Below the pieces are notes generated by a model. It searched no databases. It was not told the origin of the DNA and saw only the letters and a program-made list of their open reading frames with translations. Of a stretch of 64,000 nt of DNA, positions 24,928-38,500 are shown piece by piece. A program made the translations under genes and the position numbers. The stretch spans positions 22,258,001 through 22,322,000 of the forward strand of contig NW_026262723.1 of NCBI RefSeq assembly GCF_021869535.1, read 5' to 3'. This DNA comes from Mytilus californianus (taxonomy: Eukaryota). Every line of letters begins with the position of its first letter. Position 1 is the stretch's first letter.

Positions 24928-27352
24928 TGAAGATCTGTTTAACTAAAGGACAAAAAGGTATAGCCAAAATTGGGGAAGGAATCAGAGCTTTGCATGAGGG
25001 AGATATATATTCCTTAACTTAAAATAATTTCTCCAAAAAAGAATTCTTGTAACTGTAAATGCTCCAAATTACCGAGCCCCCAAAAAATGTCAATAAATTA
25101 AACAGGCATCAAAAGGTTTAACTGGGGTATAGAAATAGGGTCAGTCTGTTTGGCTGTGCATAATGAGGGTCACGTTCACTGTAGATTAAAGAACCCATGC
25201 AACGACTCTCTGAAATGTCAGTACGTGGCCTGTTTCAAGGCAAAATGTCTGTCACCTTTACAACATACCATTATTTCAATAGGTATTTGAAATTCCTGCT
25301 TTTTATCCCGTCCACCCTATTGATTTATTTAGTTTATTTGTTCTCATGTTAAAGTGTATGTAATACTTACTGCTAGACATTTGGCGAACAAAAAACAATT
25401 AATCATCACGTAATTCTCCAAATGACAAACCTTTAGATATAACATAAGACATTCATTGAAGACAGGAACATGAATATATGCAAGGTTTAAATTAATTTAT
25501 TTAGATTTCTACCTTTCTGTCATCGTTAAAAAAACTTTTATGAAGATTTGGTTATTGTTGGCCGGTGTAGTTTGCTTGGGAGTCAATATTTTGGGAAATT
25601 CCGGATATATTTCCAGTAAATCATGTGGTTCCCAATAAAATTTTCTAAATTGAAAGGGTTGCACAAATTCACATATAATGAATTGGGAGTCTGTAATTCA
25701 GTGGTTGTCCTTCGTTGCTCTATGTCATATTCGTTTTTGGTTTATTTTTTTGTACATTAATCAGGCTGTTGGTTTTCACTTTTGAATTGTTTTACATTAT
25801 GTCATTTTCCGGCTGTTTATAGCTTACTATACATATGGGTCTTCATAGCTTTTGATTTTGTCAGTTTTTATGGACTTCCCCTTTTTGGGGGTTTGCCTTG
25901 GAGTTCTGTATTTTTGTTGTACTTTTTTGCCACAGGCACATGTCTCTGAAAATTTCCTATATACCTCAACAAAAATGTTATATTAAGGTAAATAGGAAAA
26001 CATTTTTCAGAGACAAGTGTCTGTGTTTTTGCTCATTGTTGAAAGCCATGCAATGACCTATGGTTGCATACATCTATTTATTATGTCTCTGGTGGATAGT
26101 TGTCTCATTGGCAATCATACCAAATCTTTTTTATGTATATATTGTGTACAACTTCTAGCTCTACTGTAGATGTTGAAAGTAATCTTAAACAAAGGCAGAA
26201 ATTCTGGCCAAATAACAAAAATAACAAGTACTAGGAAAATACTATTTATTCAAGTGTAGAAAATTAGGTGAATTTCTAAAGCTATGTAACAATAAGAAGT
26301 ATATCTTTAAGCATTTGTAAAGGAATGAGGAAAACAGATAAAATATAAAAGTGGAATGTTATTTCCATTGGTAAAGCAAATAAATTCAGACTGAATATCA
26401 ATATGAAAAATCAACCTTTGTCTAATGAACACTGAATCTTCTCTTAACTGTTGTTCAATTCTAAACACATCAGCATCAATAATTCATTTGTCCTGATTCT
26501 TAAATCTTTGTTAGTTAAATTAAGAATTATAACTATTATAAATTTTGATCACTTTTCAGTATTATTAAATTGGGGGAAAAACAAACAGAATATAAAAACA
26601 TAACTAATTTACATATGCTTTCTTTTTAAGCTCTATAAAATCTGAGTTCAACTGAATGTTTCTTCTTTTTAAATATTCTTATTAGATATTTTCTTCTTTC
26701 AAAAGAAAAATTTTACTGATTCTAATTTTTTCCCCCTATCATTCAATGAATTTGTCTTTATAATCATGTTATCTCAATTTGCAGTTGTTCGATGACTGTC
26801 CATAAGGATTCACTATTGGTGTCAAAAGAGTTTGCTATGCCAAATCTCCACTTAAGAAGAGTTTAAATGGTGAGACCCACCTCATGAAGTAGCTCTTTAA
26901 TGTAATTCTTACAAAGTTTTAAATGCTCTGGATCTCTAACATATACAGTTCAACCCCTGAAACAGAACTCTTGTTCATGAATGTATAGTATCCTTTGTTC
27001 ATTTCAGTTCCTCAACACTTTTGAAAACTTACAAATACAATATTTCACCCAGAATGCTTTACTGATGAAGAAGCTTCAATGTTCAACAAAAAATAGTTGT
27101 AAACTCTAAAATCAAGAATTTGTCTATCAAGCCAATACTATATTGTTCTACCAATTTTTACACATCTAAAATGATTTCCTTGATAGTATTACAGATATAA
27201 AAACAAAATGTTTGATTCTGAACTAAGTACAACAAATACATATTCAATATGGTTTATGATACATGATAAATGTACAATTTGTAAAAAATCATCACAACAA
27301 CTCATGTGGGACAATGAACAATACAAACTATGGGTATTTATTGGACAATAGA

Positions 27353-27535
27353 ATTCCTACTATGGCATAAATCATAGTAATTATACAATATTATTCCTAC
27401 TATGGCATAAATTGCAGTAATTATACAATATTATTCCTACTATGGCATAAATTGCAGTAATTATACAATATTATTCCTACTATGGCATAAATCATAGTAA
27501 TTATACACTATTATTCCTACTGTGTGGCATAAATC
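27353..27535. repeat. 40-bp minisatellite (~4.5 copies)
   Basis: Unit ttcctactatggcataaattgcagtaattatacaatatta. Confidence 0.95.
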
Positions 27536-30500
27536 AATCTGTATAAACAACTTTTTCAAAGAGATATTAAAGTAACATCACTCAATTATTCTGTACAATT
27601 TCTGAGATTAATATTGCAGAATTTTCTTCTTGTACTTAATGTTATACAACTCCATATACATGCTTAACAACCAGTTCAACTTGTTTTCAACTTAAAGTTC
27701 CACTTAATTTAAAGTCAATTTAAAGCAAATTTTATTACATCAATTCCGATAGACAATTTTAAACATTTCATGGCACAAATTATCAATTTTCTTATTCCAA
27801 GCTGTCTTTTTAAAGTTTTTCCCAATGGGATAGTAATGTATTGTAATTTTTTTTTTATGTCTAGTTGATTTTAACATATTTTTAAGCTTTGACTTTGTTG
27901 ATACTTGAAAATTTTTATTTAGCCCTATAGTGTTCCATGATTATACTATTTCTTCACTTATGCTTATAAATGATCATAAAGTCTAGGGTTTATATTATTT
28001 CCCAGAAGCGACAAAAAATGAATTCAAGAAACAAGGAACATCTTTAGAATGTAGTATTTTTTTTTGCCTTTGGCTATTTAAAACATGTTTTACCTCCCTT
28101 CGTATTCCAAAAATTGATAATATTTCCATTAATTTTGCAATAACATGAGCATGAACATAGCAGTAACGTATTTCAATCTTTGCATCAATCTTTAATTTGA
28201 TGTATGCTAATAAAACATAACCTACTCTGCTAATTTCCCAACATTTAATCTTTGACTGATGACATCAAAACACATTACCATTATAAGCTTAATTATCAAA
28301 TCTAAAAACGGATTTTTAAAAATGCCCTATCAAGACTACTTATCTTGATTCAGAAATAAAAAAAGCTGGAAAAATCAGTAAAGCATGGACATGATAATAG
28401 TCTTTCGAGACAATTTTATTGAATAACTGCAATTTAACAGTTGTCATGTGTATTAAAGGTTTTTTTCTAAAATTGGAGATATCGCCATCAAGTTTGTCTA
28501 AATGGCTAAGTAAAGAAATGTAAATAATTTCATAAAGTAAAATTTTTATCACTGATATAACACAGATTTGATCACTGAATTTAACGTAAACATCTAACAC
28601 GATACATTTATTTACAATGAAAATGATAATGTAAGCAATGATTTGTTATCTATAAATGGACATCAGATTACACGTGTGAAAACTTGGAATAACTAGTGAT
28701 AAAATGAAATGTCAACATCGAAGCTCTGTATATTTGTGTAGAAACGACTAAATGCAAAGTAACATAAACAAAATTATCAGATCTAGACTAGCAGATCATA
28801 TACATATATCTATTGCAAACTAACCTCAAAATAATTCCCAGTACTTTCTTACATCTACTTGTTTCCCAGTTAATTTACGATCTAAAATAGAGCCAACTAA
28901 AATAAAAATTGACTCTTTAAATATTTCATACAAATATTCTAAGTTAATTTGTTCCCTCAATGTTTAGTATTATTCATCTGAACAGACTTTTGCTCCCCAA
29001 AATAATGGTCAAATTATGTCACACATTCCAACTTCTTGCAATGTTTAATAGTAGCAAACAATAGTTCTAATAAAAACATACTAAGGTGAAACAATACACT
29101 CAAGACTTTTTTTTTACAAAAGATTGTAGTTATAAAAGAACAAGAGGTTGGTCAGAATAAACATTCATTACCAAAACATTTACATCTAAAGGTCAAAATA
29201 TAACCTAAATCAATGAAAACATGTTCACATAATATAACTATTTGTAAATCACAATGAGGCTTGAAGTCATTTTGTTATACTACTCTTGTGTAAAGTTTTA
29301 ATCTGCCTCTAAGGTAAGACAAAAATGATTGACTGTGGTTTCAATGTATCACATAACTTTCTCTCTCAGTTTGATTTTTGGTATCTTAAACTGTATTTTG
29401 ATTAGTTTTTTAATGATTTGGAGGCATTTAAGGTTCTTTTGCCAGTCCAACAATCAAATTTTGTGCTATAAATACATCTTTCATATGGTTCTTTTTATCT
29501 TTTCACTAATTTTTGTACATTGTGATTGTTTTTCTATGGTTTCTCACAGTCAAGATAATATATAGTTGTCTTATTAGTCAAGTTGTGCTGGGCAGCATAT
29601 TTATGTAAAGTAGTGTCGAAGGATATAAATCAAACCAGGGCTTTTGTATTGAAAATGGAACTGATTTATTTCGTAGATGTATTCTTTTTGCCCTTCTTAA
29701 AAAAGCAACAACTAAAAGGTTGTGTTAGAAGAGAATTATTTGTTTTCAAATGCACATCTGAATACTCCTACGTAAAGTTTCTTGGAGGCTGTAACTAAAA
29801 TGGATTGACAGACTAATCTATATAGCCATCTTTTGTTTGCAGGTGAAATATACCAATTTCATAAAAACTATATTCAAGTGAATAATTATGGTTAAAAAGA
29901 TAATAATACACAATCTATAATATGAAAGGTCTGTATAAAGTTAGTATATGCTTATTTATAGTCATGGAAATTACAAATGATAATAACAAAACACTCTTCC
30001 TGTGTTTCAAACTATAAGAATCTAATTATTAACTGGAGCTGATTACTATAACATCAATTGCAGAACATCCATCTCCCATCCCTATTCAAATAGTTACCAA
30101 ATATAATCCCTTAACAACAGTTACCAAACATAATCCCTTAATAAATGCTAATGTAGCTGCTATTCAATCACCTTTGTAACTAGATCTATTTATCAAAGTG
30201 AGGAATAAAGTAATTGGTAAAAATAAGATGGACCAGTTCATATCTGATAAGGAATAGTTCCTTGTTAAATCTTATTTTCTAAAATTGTGAATATGTATAT
30301 GATCACCTTAAGGCATGTTTAAATTTGTAAATTTCTAATTAGAACTATCTCAAGTCATACCAAAACTGACTCAAGAAAATTGTTCTTATTGGAAAAGTAA
30401 GGGAATCAACATAACACAATCAAGCAACTGTATATCTGCTCCTCTTTTTTTAAACTAGCAACCGAAAATCTTAAATTCCAAATACCAAACCTCTAAGTAA

Positions 30501-33500
30501 TTTAACATTCCCTTTTTTAAGTTTTCAGACATGACATTTATCTGTACTGAACTCAACAATAATCAATTCTATAGAATAAGCACTAGAGTGTTCATAACAA
30601 TGTAAAGGAAATAAATCTTTCAAAGCCAACAGAACATTTTAACAGCATTGTAAAATTATAGCATCTTATTTACACGGACTCAAATGTTTAAATCAAGATG
30701 ATGTGTAATGATATAGTTATTTCATTGGAAACAAAGAATAGCATCTAGTAGCTCAATTGAATTGTTATCTTTTAACTGACCGTTAAATGAGACATTTTGT
30801 GATTTATTAAACTTATATAATGAGACAAACTTAAGTTGATAGATAAAATGTAATCCCTCTTTTCAAAAATGTGAAAAAAATATCAGGCAGAAAAGATAAA
30901 TCTTAATCCCCTTTGTTTGAACTTACGGCACTGACCACACAAATTAAAATTTAGAATGCAACGCCAGACAAAACATTTATCTTAATGTCATAACTGTCAT
31001 ATAGCTTCTATAAAGGGAAATATGAAGAATCAAACGCTTTATAAAGTTTAACCTGGAAATTCGATATAATTTATATTGTCTTAGAGTTATTTCCCTTTGA
31101 TCATAGAAATTTCCACTTTACAAAATTTGCATTTGCATGAAGAAAGGCTAGGTTCTGATATTCATTTTATTCACACATTGAAAAATATGAACTGAAATCA
31201 AACGAATTTCAATCTGCCTGATCTGTTCCCACTCAACAAAATTAAAATAAGATGACCCATAATGATCCCATCAATGACATGTTAACAACCTTTCTCTAGT
31301 TTTAAAATTAAAAAAACAACATAAAATGTCCATTAGAAAGATATACATTTATATCCTGCCTTTAATTTCAGTTACGGATTTGTTCAAAAATATTCAAAAT
31401 TTGATCATCATCACTATTTAATCCATTTAAGATAGGGTCATTTAATTCTTGTATGGTCTATTTTGCATGGATTCATTATTGAGTGTTTTAGCAGGTTCAG
31501 AGGTAAACAAATATCTGTTTGAAAAATGATAGTTCCACATTTAAATGCCTTTTAAAATTTCCTACCATGTAAATTATGCTAAATAGTTCCAAAATAGTCT
31601 TACAAGTAAATTTTTAAAGTTATATTCATATTTGTTTATTAATAACATTCCACAACTATATCTAATTGCATAATTATGTTTTCTTTATCTGTTATGAAAA
31701 AGCAATCAATTTATAATAGGATTTAAAGATTAATTTTATATTAGATCAAATTCACAATTATAACTTTTCATTAAAATGTGTTAGTTGCGGGAATATACCT
31801 CTCTTAGCATTATCTATCGATACATACACAAATTCATTTATATAAAAATACAATTTATAATATTTACAATTATACTATAAACAATATCTACCACTTAATT
31901 ACACCATCAATGTGCACATTTTCTGTGATGTAAAAATAATTCTATATACAAAATAATCTGCAGTAAACAAGATATACATATTAATTTGTGCAACAATTTA
32001 GTGTAAATCATGTATAAACTGTATATATTTGCATAATATATAGAAACAAAAATAAAACAAACACATTTTAATAAGGTCATTCAAAACAAATTTAATTTTC
32101 AATATTTTTTTTAGCTATCATGTTATTTATAATACATTGTATTGTTTATGTTGGGCAAACTAAAAACACGACTTTCGATCCCTACCTTTAAGATAAATAG
32201 TATTTTCACTGAGTTTGTGTGTCTTTAACCTCATAAAAAAAATGTGATCTGAAAGTTGAAGATTTAATATAAAAAATGTTATCTCATATAAAAAACCTGA
32301 TATAATCTTTTTCTTTTAGATGAAAAATAAATCTATGAAATGGTGTTATGTTGTAAATCGTAAGATCCAAGTTCCCTTCTTAATATTGAGATGAAACTTA
32401 CACATTTCACAATAGTCAAATTCACAGTATTGCATTAGTGCAATATTGTTTGAAAGTGTTGATGTAAATAATGGTTACATATTGTTCATGTCAACTGAAA
32501 CTTTTGATTGAAGTAAAGGAATATTGCACAAATATTGGTTAATACTATTCCTCATAGAATATTAACTACAATCTCCTGACAACAATATTCACAATATTTG
32601 TGCAATAGTTCTACAAAAAAATGTTGGTTGATTTTAACTTATAAATCATTATTATTTCCATTATTGATGATATATTAAGATTAATTCAAGTTGAGTGACT
32701 ATAATTAATTTTTTACCTTTTAAAGGAAGGCTTGGCTATCACTATTGTTTTTTGTTTCAATACATATCTACTAATACAAAACTATACAAATTAACCATTT
32801 ACAAAAAATATATATAAATTTGTAGATCATTTCTCAAAACATGTCTCTTGGTAAAAAATTCATAAATATCATCTAAATCAAAGTCAGATTCAAAGATCAA
32901 AAAATTTGAACTCATTTCTCTGTGAATTTTGTAAAAACTTTTTTTTTTAAAATAACCCCCCAAAAGTATTTGCATGATCCATTATGAACAAATTCTTATT
33001 TTGCACTACAAGATGGCTATACAAATTTATCAAAATTATGAAATAAAACCTTTAAAATGAGGCATGTTTTTAAACATAAGAAACAAGTCATAAAAATATA
33101 TACAGACATCGGTTTGATTATAACTATCAATAATAAATGATTGAAATATCTTCATCTATTAATAGTGTATTTTACACATTTGTTCATGAAGTTCATCACA
33201 ACCATTTCTAAAAAAACAACAACATAAGAATTCATTTGAGTATATGTATACAGATCTATGTTGTGGATGTTCCATAAAATTATACCAAGAAGGCACGTTG
33301 AATTTTCAAATATGGGTGGGTGTCAAGTGCAATGAAAATGTAAGTGCAATTTTCAAATTTCCACTATAGGTAAATACCCCTTTTGAAAGTGCCTTCCTTG
33401 AGTACCATGCATGTTTAAATGATACAGCCCTTAACTGATTGAAAAAACCTCTCCTTCAATAAATCATCAAGTTTTTTATCCAAATACTATTGATTTGTGG

Positions 33501-35581
33501 TTTTCTAAAAAAGAGCAATTATATAAACTCCTTCTAATGGAAAATATATTTTGGTGATTTCAATAGAAACAAGATAAACACATGATGATCACTTTGCAAG
33601 ATGTCTTATTTTCACATAATATTAACACCTTTCTTAAATATTAAAATTTTTTTAAATCGTAAGTTTACGGTAAACGGACACTTTTAAAATGAGCAACTAT
33701 GAATGCCATCATGATGTATATCTTACTTATTTTATTAGTCAGTATCATATTTTCTTTTATTTGGAAATCGTGAGACTAATAAAGATTCTATTGTTTTTTT
33801 CTTGGACATTTAATCACTGAAGCATTTAAACATTTTCTTAAACGTGTGTTCTAGAATATTGAAGATTCATAAAAAAAAGTAAAGAATTTGGCGAAGAGAG
33901 GTAACAAAAGTATTAAATTAAGGGGAGACAATTTAACTGGATATTACTACAAATCACCCAGTTTTTACACTATTTTGTTATATATCAAGAAAACAAGAAC
34001 TCAAACCCAAAATTTCCTTTTATCATTCTAAAGCAGGGGTTGTCCTAAAAGAAATCTCCTTCAAAAACATATCGTCTTAATTGGGGTTTATATAAATACA
34101 TACTCCTCCAAAAAAATATATATATATGTTTGTTTGTTTCACCCAGGAATTAATTCCCCCTTTGTCATATCTAATAATTACATTTAGAACCCTTTTTTTT
34201 TCCAAATGGTACGGTGATCTATATTTTACAAATTAAATGGTAATATATATATGTTTACTCTTTTTCGGAAAATTTCAGAAAAAAACTTTATTTTACTGTC
34301 TTTCTGACTCTTATACTACTTATAATTGTATCTTAATAATTTGATAAGCTCAAGACAATCTACTTGTGGTCAGCAAAGTCTGCAAAAAATATGACAGAAA
34401 AACAAGTAAAGTTCCCTAATATAGTATAAAAATTTAATAAGGTGTCTTTTTCATTGAATCTTAGAAATCCGAATGTCATATTCAAGATTAGTTTCCCAAT
34501 GAAGCACAAATCCCAGACAGCATATGTTTCCATGACAATGCCTTTGATACTGTACACTATGGTACAACAACAGTGTTGATTGCGTAGCAATTTTTCAGAA
34601 CAATTTAGATGAAATATTTAATTTAACTAATAGATTTCTGCTTTTTTAACTGTGAAATGTAAATTAAAAAAAAAGATTTTGAAATTTCACAGGGTAAACA
34701 AGCATAAAGTGATTAACATAAATTTTCAGTATGAAGTCATAGTGCTTACAAGTTTCATATAAAATGTGCCACTATCAACACACTTTTACACAACTGAAAT
34801 TACGAAAAGATTCATTAAATTTTTGTTACAACACACATTTGTTTAATCCTCTTGTGAGTAGTAAAAGTCGTGTTATATTGAACCAGATCAAAATCCAACT
34901 TCAAATGATTAATCCATTGAATGTTTTTATGTGGTCTTCAAGTGATCAGAGGTGTATATACAGGCAAGAAATTTTTAGTCCTAGTAGACAGAAAATTAAA
35001 CTAGGACAACATAACATTGCATTTTTGTTTAGAAATGAGATCATTTTTCTTAAGAAACATCAACATGTCAAAAATTATGTACAATTACACTGCATTTAAA
35101 GATACCAGTAAAATTTCTTTATCTTATTACAATTAAGAATTTATATTATTTGTCAATCATAACCATGGTAATAACAACTAGTTTCTATAGTGACTGACAG
35201 ATGTCCTATTAACCTACAATTCACCTAATAAACGCATACCTGTCAATTATGGATTATAAAATTCTTCTGATCTGACCAAGAGAATGAACGGTAAAATTTG
35301 ACCTATGATTAGAAAAAGAATTTTCTATGTATTTCTTAATCCTGGTATAACTTCAAAGCAAAAAGAGTGAAATTAAATGTATCTAAATAAATAAATTTTA
35401 GGAAAAATAGGAACATCTTCGAAACTATTTTCAACATTTGTTAACGTGCACAAAAAATTATAACAATATAAAACAAACATATAACAAACAATAAGGTATA
35501 TCTAGGAATGTACAAAAAATGCATGGTTTTGTACTATGTATGATGTCATCAAGTGTCAACTATGATGTCATCAAATGTCAA

Positions 35582-38500
35582 CTATGATGTCATAGTGAAT
35601 CCACTACTGGATGTTGATGTCTTGTCTTGCAATGATTCTGTGTGGTTTGCTGAAGAGAGCTGGTCAGCTACTTGACAATAATGTTTGTTCCTAATGTGCT
35701 CAACTAAGGCATTAGTATTGGCACATTCCTCGTGACAGAGCACACACTGGATGTTACTTATTGGAAAAGGTAACTTCTGGTTCATTGCGGATTGGCTAAC
35801 AGGTAAAATGGCTGAAAATAGCAAAAATTTCATTAATTTTGGTTTTTTTCCCCTCTTTTTGAACTGTTGTTGACAATTCAGGAGGTCAGAGGGTTAACAA
35901 AAATCAATTTTGTCATCACATGGTTTATTTTTTTAAGGTGGTACCTAACACTACAGGGAGATAACTCTGTAAAAATCAGCTAAACGTTTTAATTACCTTG
36001 TATTGTTAAGGAGATATTAAGCTTCTCTATGATCAAAGAAAGTGTTAGTCAAACTGCTATATACATGTAACCAATGAAATTTTTCTGAGAAAGTGGTTGG
36101 TTCAAATTTTTTGAAATTTTCATATTTTTGTCAAAGGGTCAAAGTAAACATTTTGTCAAAATTTTATGAAAATTAAACAAGCCGAATTAATATTAGTCGA
36201 GGTGTTGGGTACCACCTTAATTCAACTTTTTAAACAAACACTAGTACTGTTATCTGAAACATACACATATATTTTGACCTAATATTTGAATCACACATAC
36301 AAATGTATATCACTCATAAATAATTGCAACAAATGAAATGTAAAAAACAACAATAAAATACATGTACAATAAATACATGAAAATGTTAACTAAAACTTTG
36401 ACTTCTACTCTCTATTCAATACATAACCAGACATATGTATGTGCATTTGTGTTTATAGAGAGTGAAGGAAGCAACATATCAATTAAATCATTTAGTAAAA
36501 CAACTATTAAATTTTGCATTGGTAAATGTACATGTATATGCTTTTTTATATATAAATTTGCAGATAAAATTTGACAATTACGAACCCTGATAAGGTCAAT
36601 ACAAAATAAAATATTTTGTGTATAGTTTTTATAAATGAAATTGTGAAGAAAAGAAAATTTCGCACAATGAAGATTATTTTTTTCAATTGCAGTCATTTCA
36701 ATTTCACTGGCCATATAAGTATTTTCAAATTCAATTGGTCATGAGCATTCCTAATGAAAGTGAAATCAGAGAAGTGCTGGGGCAGCTGCAAACTGTAGTA
36801 CAATGTATGTTTCATTATATCCACAATTTTCTTCAATCAAAAATATGAGTCGTTCATTTTGTTGATATGCTTGATTTTGTCAGGTTTTATGAACCCCCCC
36901 CCCCCCTTTTTGAATTTACCTTGAAGTTCTGTATTTTTGTTAATTTACCTTGAAGTTATGTATTTTTGTTAATTTACCTTGAAGTTCTGTATTTTTGTTA
37001 ATTTACCTTGAAGTTATGTATTTTTGTTAATTTACCTTGAAGTTATGTTTTTTTGTTAATTTACCTTGAAGTTATGTATTTTTGTTAATTTACCTTGAAT
37101 TTCTGTATTTTTGTTAATACTTTTATATTAATAATAATACCTGGAATAAACCTTTTATCATCTTCACTGGTATGTGGTTCAGTTTTGATGGGGACACTGT
37201 ACTGGAGTCTGATTCCATCTTCTTTTTTCACTGCTTCATCATAAGTAGGTAATTTAGCTGTAGCACCATCTTCAGTTTTAATCTCACTGACCATATTATC
37301 TCCCACAGACTGTTGTTCTTCATGTGACCGTGTGTTGTTTTCTATGGCAGCAGCATATTCTAGTAAATTACTGACTGCTGTTGATGATTCTAAGGCCCCA
37401 GCTTCTAATGCAGCCTTTTCTGCGTCATTTTTACGTTGGACGTTAAAAACACTGAAATCCTCAGCATTAGTAGACTTTGCCTCACCCTCTTTTTTAATAG
37501 TTTCAGTTTCAGATCTCGGTTGTACATTGAAGATATTGAAGCAGTCATAGGCAGACTGGCTTCCATCCCCACTGAGTGTTTCTTTCTCCCCTTCCTGTCC
37601 CTCATTCTGAGCCTCAATAACTTTGTTAACGTATGGAATGCCTGAAAGACAGTATGTGGTTTGATCTCCTGGTACTGTATACAAATATTGCACGTTAGAA
37701 CTACCTCCTGCTTGTTCAGACACACTACTTAAATGTATGTCTAACATGTTAGCATTATCAACAAGCCAGGCCGAAGCAGATTGTGCAAATTCTGGTGGAA
37801 TCTGAACACCATTTTCTCCTTGTAACAATTTGGCTATCTGTTGATAGGACAGATCTTTTGGTTCAATGGCAGGTTGCTGGTAAGATTGTTCAACAGATGT
37901 GTTCGGAACTTGGTAGGACTGTTCACTTGTCGTACTTGGTACATGATGGTATGCTTGTTGTGAAAGCTGACTGTTTAAAATGGGGTATGTCTGTTTAGTT
38001 GATGGTTCTATTTTGATGGTTTCCGTAGTAACAACTTGATGATGAGGATGATTAACAATTGTCTGCTCAGTCGGTCTTGCAGTTAAAACTACAAAATACA
38101 TAAATAGAATCTAGACATGTATTGGATTTTAAATTTGACAAAGATAAGATTGAGTCAGCCTCATTTTTTTTATTCATCTCTGTTCATGTATAGTATGTAC
38201 AACTTCATTTCAAAATTCATCTTAACTTCCCCAAAAAGCAACAATTATGCAACTGAAACTTAAAAAAACCTTTATAGATTACCAAAAATCAGTAATGCTA
38301 GCAATGAACTTTTGCTACATTGAGTCCCTAAAATAAATAATATTGCCATGTTTCAAAATAGTTACAGTCCTTAAAAAATAAATAACTAAAAATAAGATTT
38401 TTGAATAATAGGCAGGGCTCACTCTACTTCAGAATGATAGGGTGGTGGGACTTCTCTTTTTGAAACTGATAGGGAGAAGTGGTGAGACTTAAAAGACAAG

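Noticed and set aside
37085-37140. C-terminus [18 protein letters not shown] of the 338-aa ORF as the true protein end
   Set aside because: Read-through into the intron; the donor after 37141 joins in phase to the final zinc-finger exon.
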